A DNA stretch of 32,000 bases from NCBI RefSeq assembly GCF_000025505.1, contig NC_013849.1, forward strand, positions 1,650,001 to 1,682,000, written 5' to 3'. Of the stretch, positions 17,121-23,669 are shown in pieces. Positions within the stretch are counted from its first letter, which is position 1; every line of letters starts with the position of its first letter. This DNA is from Ferroglobus placidus DSM 10642 (GTDB lineage: Archaea; Halobacteriota; Archaeoglobi; Archaeoglobales; Archaeoglobaceae). The notes below the pieces were generated by a model. That model was not told where the DNA came from, searched no databases, and saw nothing but the letters and a program-made list of their open reading frames with translations. The position numbers and the translations under genes are program-made.

Positions 17121-17960
17121 TCACCTCTTCAGCAAAATATAAGAAATTGGAAGAAGTACAATCATGAAAAAAATCCATCCGAGATGCGAGTGAACTTTCA
17201 GCATGAAATCAGAACCAAAGTTGTAGGTGAGGTAAACCAATACTGCTACCCTAAGTAAGTTGGCTATGTAAACAGCCACAGCCAAAACGATAAGTGTTTT
17301 CGCTACTCCTCTCCAATCCCTCCAATGGAAAGTGAGGTTGTAGGATAATACCATGCTCGTAACGAGAAGCAACGAATACCATCCGAAGCAAGCTAGGTCT
17401 ATCCTCAAAAATGCGTGATTTTCTCCGAGAACTTCAATAATTCTAAAGTCAGATAGTTTTACACCAATTCCAATTGACTGCAAGAGCATCACAACTGGGA
17501 CAGCAACTGCGTAATGTCCGTAGAGATACGGCAAGTACATGCTAATTTTTGCAGGGATCATGAACAAGAATGCGAAGAGTATTAAAAATATCAGAGAAAA
17601 GTAAGCTCCGAATTTGCCTATTTCCGAATACTTGCTCCCGGATCCGTAGAATATGAGGGAAACACCAAAAAGAATTACCATCGTATCAAAGGTTTGGATT
17701 TTAGAGTCGATGATATTATTCACGAATAAGTCCAGCACTGTTACTGCTACTCCTACAGATATAAAAAACCAAGATCTACGAAGCTCTTCGAAAGTGTCTT
17801 TAGAGTTTTTAGCCAAAAGAACCAGAGCTATCAAGGATAAAAAGAGAAAGAAAATTCCGATATACACTGTTCCGTAAGCAAGTTCTATCGATGCTCCGAC
17901 TATTAAAGCTGCCAAGACGATTATCCCTAATTCACTGGAAAACTTCATCTTATTATCCAT
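17121..17960 (-). CDS. artC: Archaeosortase (exosortase/archaeosortase family; probably the PEF-CTERM-specific ArtC type)
   Basis: 279 aa with about 8 TM helices. Family signature residues appear in order: Cys in RIDLACFGWYSL, Arg in YIANLLRVAVL, His in KVHSHLGWIFF. It lies two genes from a PEF-CTERM protein. An alternative ATG at 17948 forms an ATGA overlap with the PIG-L stop. Confidence 0.75.
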   Translation of the reverse strand: MDNKMKFSSELGIIVLAALIVGASIELAYGTVYIGIFFLFLSLIALVLLAKNSKDTFEELRRSWFFISVGVAVTVLDLFVNNIIDSKIQTFDTMVILFGVSLIFYGSGSKYSEIGKFGAYFSLIFLILFAFLFMIPAKISMYLPYLYGHYAVAVPVVMLLQSIGIGVKLSDFRIIEVLGENHAFLRIDLACFGWYSLLLVTSMVLSYNLTFHWRDWRGVAKTLIVLAVAVYIANLLRVAVLVYLTYNFGSDFMLKVHSHLGWIFFMIVLLPISYILLKR

Positions 17961-18583
17961 CTTATAACCTCGAAAACTTCCGCATACTCTACATTTATCT
18001 GCACTCCTCGCGTTCTTGCTAAACTTTCTATAAAACTTCCATTAAAGTAAGGTCGTTCAGCTTGAGATTTATATTTCGTAAGAGCGAGTATTTTCCGCTC
18101 AATATGTCTTTTGTCCAGTGGAATAAAAGCGGTCGTATCAAAAGTGAGGTTGTTCCACGGCTGTTCATAGCCAAGGATCGTGCAACCTTTAAATGCTCTT
18201 AGTGTTTCCTCCCTTGTAACTTTGTGATCCTGATGGGTGTCGTAAGAAGAGGGTGTGAAAACCACATCTGGAGATATGTTCTTTCGAACGTTTATTAAAG
18301 AATCCAAAATCTCCTGTCTGAATGTCGGAAACTTCCTCACTTCGAAGTCGTAAAGTAGAACGTTCTTTTTATCTATTCCAAGAACTTCCATTGCTTCCAA
18401 AACCTCTTTTCTGAGAATGTTTTTAGGGTAAATTTTAGGAACGGATTTTTCACACGAAGATAAAGCAGCGTAATAGACTTCCCTCTCTTCTTCAACGAAT
18501 TTAGCAATGCTCCCACCACATCCTAGCTCTCCATCATCGGTGTGTGGGCTTAAGATTAAAATCCTCTCAAACATCACTATCAC
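17945..18583 (-). CDS. PIG-L / LmbE-family N-acetylglucosaminyl deacetylase
   Basis: Signature ILILSPHTDDGELGCGGSIAK (P-H-x-D-D) and a later HQDH. GTG start in a GTGA overlap with the upstream stop (alternative ATG at 18574). Confidence 0.85.
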   Translation of the reverse strand: MIVMFERILILSPHTDDGELGCGGSIAKFVEEEREVYYAALSSCEKSVPKIYPKNILRKEVLEAMEVLGIDKKNVLLYDFEVRKFPTFRQEILDSLINVRKNISPDVVFTPSSYDTHQDHKVTREETLRAFKGCTILGYEQPWNNLTFDTTAFIPLDKRHIERKILALTKYKSQAERPYFNGSFIESLARTRGVQINVEYAEVFEVIRWIIR

Positions 18584-20118
18584 TCTAAAATTCCGAGCGG
18601 GTCTATCCTTCTATTTTCTTTCTCCAAATCCCAAAAAACTCTGTAAATGTTCAGAATCTCCGGTGAATCGTAGAAAACCACCGATTCGACTTTGTAAAAT
18701 TCTCCAATCTCATTTTTAGTGATTCTACCATCCTTAACCAGCGAAACTTCCCATGCGGTTTTGAGCTTGTTTAAGCCAACATTTGCTGCAACATCCACGA
18801 TTGAAGGTTTTAGAGTGAAAACACTGCTTGCCGATGAAATTATACTGCTCGTACGCTTATATTGGGACAAGTACTTTTTCCTAACCTTTCTGTCTGACGT
18901 TCCGTTTATTTTTGCGGCAATCTGTCTCCTCCTACTTTCCACTTTATTCAAAATTACGTGTTTTTCCCACAAATCTTTTTCAGATAACCGGAATTCCTTG
19001 GAAATGGAATTAACAGCTGCTTCATGCTCCTTCCCCAAGTAAACATCCATGGATTCCCAGAAAATCGTTTTCGGAATATTAAAGCCGAAGTTCTCAGAAA
19101 TTTCATTTGATATTAGTCCATACTTCAAACTTCCACCAGAGCCAGTAATAAAAACAGACGTACCCATTCCTTCAAAGAACAGGACATTCCTCATAATCGC
19201 TTTTGGACTTAAGTTTTCGAGTTCTTCGTGAAGATCTTCTAACTCAACCTTTTTTCTGCAAAGGTTGCATTCCCCAATAAATCCATTATCTTTCCTTTCA
19301 ATAGATACTTTACCCCCACATTCACAGTGGTACCAGAACGGTAGGGCATTTTTGCTCGCTTTTAGATCTGAAAAGTTTAGGTTTTCTGCAGCAGAATTCT
19401 GGAAGAAATTAAACGCCTCAACGTTCTCTATTATTTCTTTCCAAACTTTACCAAACAGCTTTTTGTTTTGCACGTCAGAACTTCTGAAAAACCTGATGTT
19501 CAAACCGATCAATCTGCATATCCTCGCAAACGATATAGCATTCAAGTCTGCAAAGTTGTCAGAAAGATCGTAACTAATCCACAGTTCCTCTACAATTTCC
19601 TCAACGTCGATATTACTAAGATAGTTCCTTGAAATATCCTTCACTACCTTCTCCCACTTTTCTTCTGACGGTTTATCAAGTTCATTAAATCTCTTCCATA
19701 TCTCGGAGTCGTTAGGTCTTCTGAGACCTATGTTCAGAAATCCGTATTTATTCATTTTTGGAATTCTGTTCTGGAACAAGAGCTTCGATGAGGATATGTC
19801 GTAATCAAGGAATCCAAAGAAAGCAATAGAGCTTTCATCAGAGTTTCTAAGTTCTTTTTCTATAAATTCTGCAAGAAAAGCTTTTTTCCAAATCCCCGAA
19901 TACGGTAGGAAGAGGGGTTGGTGTCCTGTCTCTATCACTAAAATCTTTTTGTCTATTCTATTGTCCTTATAGGGGATTTTCGCATCTCTATGGAACTTTT
20001 CAGATACCTCCAACAATCCTTTTAAATTTCTTCTCTGGTCGTTACCTAAAATTTTTCCACTACCAGCTATATTCTCGCAAAACTCAGAAATATTCATACT
20101 ATTCAGCTCCTTCCTCAT
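18580..20118 (-). CDS. BshC-like putative ligase with a CxC...CxxC zinc-ribbon element (function unproven)
   Basis: 512 aa. Three stretches resemble the B. subtilis BshC blocks as I recall them. VIETGHQPLFLPYSGIWKKAF resembles VVGGQQAGLLTGPLYTIHK. LSPKAIMRNVLFFEGMGTSVFITGSGGSLKYG...FGFNIPKTIFW resembles [30 protein letters not shown]...GFKMPPVMPR. VSIERKDNGFIGE resembles FLIEKDNGRFV. The zinc ribbon is WYHCECGGKVS...GECNLCRKK. An alternative ATG at 20097 has GGAG 9 nt upstream. Confidence 0.5.
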   Translation of the reverse strand: MRKELNSMNISEFCENIAGSGKILGNDQRRNLKGLLEVSEKFHRDAKIPYKDNRIDKKILVIETGHQPLFLPYSGIWKKAFLAEFIEKELRNSDESSIAFFGFLDYDISSSKLLFQNRIPKMNKYGFLNIGLRRPNDSEIWKRFNELDKPSEEKWEKVVKDISRNYLSNIDVEEIVEELWISYDLSDNFADLNAISFARICRLIGLNIRFFRSSDVQNKKLFGKVWKEIIENVEAFNFFQNSAAENLNFSDLKASKNALPFWYHCECGGKVSIERKDNGFIGECNLCRKKVELEDLHEELENLSPKAIMRNVLFFEGMGTSVFITGSGGSLKYGLISNEISENFGFNIPKTIFWESMDVYLGKEHEAAVNSISKEFRLSEKDLWEKHVILNKVESRRRQIAAKINGTSDRKVRKKYLSQYKRTSSIISSASSVFTLKPSIVDVAANVGLNKLKTAWEVSLVKDGRITKNEIGEFYKVESVVFYDSPEILNIYRVFWDLEKENRRIDPLGILE

Positions 20119-20425
20119 TTTTTCTGTTTATAAAGACGAGCTCGACTCTCCAGACAGTAATCATCAAAATCGTAAAAATAAGTAGAGATACGAAAAGATT
20201 TGAAGGAGTCGTTTTTGCACCAAATCCGATATCTATCGAAATAGCTACTAAAACCACTACAACAATACTGATAACACCGGAAAACGCTATTCTTTCAGCA
20301 AAGCTCAACTCATCTTTTTTTGGAAATATAGCCAACATCGTCGCATATCCCGGAATAAAAAACACGAAAATCAATCCGAATAACAACCTCGCCCCGTTAA
20401 TTATAACTTCTACAGCATTAACCAT
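20099..20425 (-). CDS. Small membrane protein resembling the N-terminal TM module of DUF1616 proteins
   Basis: 108 aa with 3 TM helices. The motif FFIPGYATMLAIFPKKDELSFAERIAFSGVISI matches the DUF1616 N-terminal pattern (PGY...FP...ER.A.S). Confidence 0.5.
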   Translation of the reverse strand: MVNAVEVIINGARLLFGLIFVFFIPGYATMLAIFPKKDELSFAERIAFSGVISIVVVVLVAISIDIGFGAKTTPSNLFVSLLIFTILMITVWRVELVFINRKNEEGAE

Positions 20426-20882
20426 CTAAACCTCCCTCCTTAAGCCTCCAAATTTTGTACTTATTGAATCCCATTACAAAAATTTGAGAAAGAATTAGTC
20501 CAAGCATATCGGCAAACAAATCCATCACACTCGAAGATCTTCCGGGAACAAACATCTGATGAATCTCATCGAAGATTCCGTAACTTGTACCAATTAAGAT
20601 CGTCATAACGTAAGGATTGAATTTTATTAGATCTCTCACAGCTGGATTCAACACAAACCCAAATCCCACATAAAGCAGAATGTGTGCAAATTTGTCCGGA
20701 TACTTAAATGCGAAATAAAATGGAACTGCTAAAAATCCCAAACCGTGTTCTTTAAGAAAGTCGTAAATCACTACGATGTTCTCTCTTGAAATCGGATTGG
20801 GAGGATTTGAGGAAGAGGATAGGAGAAATATTGCAGAAGCATAAACTATCGCAAAAATTCCATAAATGTACTTTTTCTGCAT
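20418..20882 (-). CDS. VanZ-like family membrane protein
   Basis: Motifs DKFAHILLYVGFGFVL and DEIHQMFVPGRSSSVMDLFADMLGLILS are typical of VanZ-like proteins. It is the first gene of the minus-strand array. Confidence 0.7.
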   Translation of the reverse strand: MQKKYIYGIFAIVYASAIFLLSSSSNPPNPISRENIVVIYDFLKEHGLGFLAVPFYFAFKYPDKFAHILLYVGFGFVLNPAVRDLIKFNPYVMTILIGTSYGIFDEIHQMFVPGRSSSVMDLFADMLGLILSQIFVMGFNKYKIWRLKEGGLDG

Positions 20883-20903
20883 CTCTGCTCATCTCTTCTC
20901 CAC

Positions 20904-20912
20904 TATATATAA
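20904..20912 (-). promoter_or_regulatory. Candidate TATA box for the 15-gene minus-strand array (leaderless geometry)
   Basis: TATATATAA is centred about 26 nt upstream of the VanZ ATG (20882). Confidence 0.35.
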
Positions 20913-20932
20913 TTTGGTGAAGATAGCAAATG

Positions 20933-20940
20933 TTTATTAA
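20933..20940 (+). promoter_or_regulatory. Candidate TATA box for the 20964 gene (leaderless geometry)
   Basis: TTTATTAA is centred about 27 nt upstream of ATG 20964. Confidence 0.3.
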
Positions 20941-20963
20941 TAACGTGCCAAAAGATCATCGAA

Positions 20964-21395
20964 ATGAACGAAAACGATGATATAATTCCTGAAAAAACGG
21001 GCAAACTCATGCTCAAAGCGCTAATTGCAGCTACAATTTTAAGCGTTGTGTTGATGTCTTACCTTCTGTGGGTAAGCTCGCAGGAGAGGTATACAACCAT
21101 CTATATTTACCCAGATTCGTATACGAACTACGCAAAACCCGGAAGCGTTGTGAAATTTAAGTACGGCATTTACTGTCACGAGGGAAAGGAGACGGAGTAT
21201 CTAATCAAAGTATATCTCGGAGAAAAGCTGGTCAAATCAAAGGAAATAATGTTAAAGAATGGGGAAAGTCGGGAAGAAAACGAAAGCATAGTTTTACCCC
21301 AAAACATCTCTTTGCCAGTTAAAGTTAGAGTTGAGGCAGTGACAGAAAATTCCGTTTACGACGCTTACTTCTGGATAAAAGCTAGTAAGGAATAA
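20964..21395 (+). CDS. Membrane-anchored small protein resembling the C-terminal extracellular module of DUF1616 proteins
   Basis: 143 aa with one N-terminal TM helix (LIAATILSVVLMSYLLWV). It then reads ERYTTIYIYPDSYTNYAKPGSVVKFKYGIYCHEGKETEYLIKVYL, which resembles the DUF1616 C-terminal pattern (F-T-E-x-Y ... Y-P ... N-H-E-G ... Y). Confidence 0.45.
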   Translation: MNENDDIIPEKTGKLMLKALIAATILSVVLMSYLLWVSSQERYTTIYIYPDSYTNYAKPGSVVKFKYGIYCHEGKETEYLIKVYLGEKLVKSKEIMLKNGESREENESIVLPQNISLPVKVRVEAVTENSVYDAYFWIKASKE

Positions 21396-22338
21396 AAAGA
21401 CCGATTATACAAAAGATAGTTGTCAACCCATACATCGATAGAACAACTTGTTTTTCCGTCATTTTAAAGTAATACGGCAAAACCCATTTGAGAGTGTATG
21501 GGTTTGGTGCTTCAATCGTTTTGTCTCTTCTCACTCTTCCAAACTTAACGATCTCGTATCTCCTATCTTGAGGTTTCATCTTTCTCATTATTCTCCAGTA
21601 AACGTAGAGGAGGAAGTTCAGTGTGTGGGGAAAAAGCATTACGAACCCAGAAACGTAAAATCCTCCGAGGATTATAGACAAGCCAACAGTCGAACCCATC
21701 GCAAAAGCTCCGACGTTTCCATCAAATATCTTCGAGGGATACCAGTTGTAGTACAAGAAGCCGAGTACTGCTCCAAGCATCGACGAGGTTATCAAAACGC
21801 TTCCCCTTCCAGTAATCAGAGTTTTAACCAATAGAAAAGCAAGTAAAATTGCCGTCAATCCAGCAGCCATTCCGTTAAAGCCAGAATGCATGTTCACGAG
21901 GTTTGCAACAACCATAACGTAAATAGGTGCGGCAATGAAGAGAAAGTAACCACTTACTTCCCCCACCACTGGAATCCAAGCGGTAGCTGCCACAAAAGCT
22001 ATCGGAGCTGTAAATAGTGGGGGAAAAACGATCTTCGTTGCTCTACCTATATCCACAAAGTCGTCGATTAATCCGAATAGACCGTAGAGCGAAATTATGA
22101 ACAGCGAAACTGCTTCTGGAAGGGATATCTGAAATGGGAAACTCCCAAACATTGCAAGAAAGACTACTGCATAGAATGCAAGAAGTATCGACAGTCCACC
22201 TGAAGTTGGGACGTATTGTGCACTATTCTTGTAGTAGTCTTTTACAACCCTGTTTCTGTCTTTGAATTTTTTAATTTGGAGAGGAATTAACAGCATGGCT
22301 AAACCAAACGCCGCAATCAATGTTCCTAAAAATTCCAT
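21382..22338 (-). CDS. Glycosyltransferase family 4 (MraY/WecA/AglH-type) polyprenyl-phosphate HexNAc-1-phosphate transferase
   Basis: Multi-TM protein with motifs GLIDDFVDIG and VVANLVNMHSGFNGMAAG. The track start is GTG 22350; I prefer ATG 22338 (MEFLGTLIAAF...). The 3' end overlaps the 20964-21395 gene by 14 nt. Confidence 0.85.
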   Translation of the reverse strand: MEFLGTLIAAFGLAMLLIPLQIKKFKDRNRVVKDYYKNSAQYVPTSGGLSILLAFYAVVFLAMFGSFPFQISLPEAVSLFIISLYGLFGLIDDFVDIGRATKIVFPPLFTAPIAFVAATAWIPVVGEVSGYFLFIAAPIYVMVVANLVNMHSGFNGMAAGLTAILLAFLLVKTLITGRGSVLITSSMLGAVLGFLYYNWYPSKIFDGNVGAFAMGSTVGLSIILGGFYVSGFVMLFPHTLNFLLYVYWRIMRKMKPQDRRYEIVKFGRVRRDKTIEAPNPYTLKWVLPYYFKMTEKQVVLSMYGLTTIFCIIGLFIPY

Positions 22339-22429
22339 ACCACCACACACCCGTTTTCAAAATTGAAAGAAAGCACCAGCTGATTCCGGCACCCTCCCAT
22401 CATCGAAATCAGATTAGGTAACCGGAATT

Positions 22430-22783
22430 TTAAAGGAAATTCAATACGATTTCTTCTGAAATGCAGATGTATTTCTTAACTATCTTCGCAAATTCCCACC
22501 TTTGAACCGAAAAGGGTACAGAATATTTATCTGCCAGACCTTTCCTTTCAAACTCCAAAATCACCATCCTAATCTGAGCTTGAGAAACTTTATGACCCTT
22601 CCTGCCTAAAAACTCGCTCAACCTGCTGAGGGAGTTTGCGAAGTAACCGATACCTTTCCCAACATCTGCAGACGAATTTCTAACCACCCCACAATGTTTG
22701 CAGTGGGGATGCAGCTTGATGAGATGGTTCCGGGAGGGTAACCAGTCCCTCTTCTTCGAATCTTCGTGTTTGCAAATGGACAT
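22430..22783 (-). CDS. Hypothetical small basic protein with Cys/His cluster (CxH ... HCxxC)
   Basis: 117-aa ORF flanked by non-coding DNA on both sides. MSICKHED...HPHCKHCGVV could be a zinc knuckle. I recognise no family. Confidence 0.4.
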   Translation of the reverse strand: MSICKHEDSKKRDWLPSRNHLIKLHPHCKHCGVVRNSSADVGKGIGYFANSLSRLSEFLGRKGHKVSQAQIRMVILEFERKGLADKYSVPFSVQRWEFAKIVKKYICISEEIVLNFL

Positions 22784-22910
22784 ATTACTGAAAATCCGCT
22801 AGATTAGTAGATAAATTTTTCGATAAAATTATTAATTAAGCTTATAGTGATAATGAGTAATAATCTTGAAAAGTGATATTTAAATAATCAAAGTAAGAAT
22901 ATCAATTAAA

Positions 22911-23669
22911 ATGAGCAATATCAATAACTTCACCGTGATAATGCTTGCGATAATCCAAGGAGTTGCCGAGTGGCTTCCAGTAAGTAGCGAAGGCTTATCA
23001 ATCCTTCTCATGGTGAACATACTCAAAGTTAATTTTTCAGAAGCTTTCAGCTATGCAATATTCCTCCACCTCGGAACGATGCTTGCGGTTCTTGCAAAAT
23101 TTAGAAGAGACTTCTTAGACCTTTTAAGTATTCGATCTCCTATCTTAAAGCAGGTTTTGCTTGCGACGATTTTCACCGCTTCAAGTGCTGTTCCTCTAAT
23201 GCTCTTAGTGAGGGGTGTCGATGGCACATTAGCAAATATGCTGATAGGATTTCTGCTTATTGCCACTGGAATTCTTTTAAGACTGCCCAAGGAGGGATAC
23301 AAGAAAGCGGAAAGTTTATCGCTTAAAGAAAGTGCTGCTTTAGGATTTGTTCAGGGATTTGCAATTCTTCCGGGAATTTCGAGATCTGGTGCTACAATCA
23401 GCTTTCTTCTTCTGAGAAAGGTGAAAGAAGAGGACGCCCTAAAACTTTCATTTATAATAAGCGTCCCGGCTGTAGCTGGAGCTGTGCTTTTGAGTGGATT
23501 TCCAAAGAATTTTTCCATCGACGTAGCCCTTACCCTCACCTTAACAACATTCCTTGTTGGTTACGGAATGATCGATCTCCTTTTGAAATTTGCAAGTAAG
23601 GTTAGCTTTTCGAGTTTCTGTATGGCCCTCGGAGTTACGGCAGTTGCCCTAACTTTTATCGTTCTGTGA
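22911..23669 (+). CDS. uppP: Undecaprenyl/polyprenyl-diphosphate phosphatase (BacA/UppP family)
   Basis: Canonical motifs IIQGVAEWLPVSSEG and ILPGISRSGATI. About 8 TM helices. Confidence 0.9.
   Translation: MSNINNFTVIMLAIIQGVAEWLPVSSEGLSILLMVNILKVNFSEAFSYAIFLHLGTMLAVLAKFRRDFLDLLSIRSPILKQVLLATIFTASSAVPLMLLVRGVDGTLANMLIGFLLIATGILLRLPKEGYKKAESLSLKESAALGFVQGFAILPGISRSGATISFLLLRKVKEEDALKLSFIISVPAVAGAVLLSGFPKNFSIDVALTLTLTTFLVGYGMIDLLLKFASKVSFSSFCMALGVTAVALTFIVL

Noticed and set aside
22383-22428. An inverted repeat, ATTCCGG (22383-22389) and CCGGAAT (22422-22428), between the hypothetical gene and the GT4-family transferase. It could be a terminator or an RNA element.
   Set aside because: The stem is only 7 bp with a 32-nt loop, and no T-tract follows it. 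That is within chance expectation for this length.
1-22910. An impression that the glycan locus is more AT-rich than the right-hand housekeeping part, which would suggest a horizontally acquired island.
   Set aside because: Spot counts of single 60-nt lines gave 30-48% GC inside the locus (lines 2401, 6001, 10021, 17461, 19501). The right-hand part gave 38-47% (lines 25501, 28381, 31321). The ranges overlap, so I cannot support an island call by eye. A sliding-window GC and codon-usage calculation would be needed.
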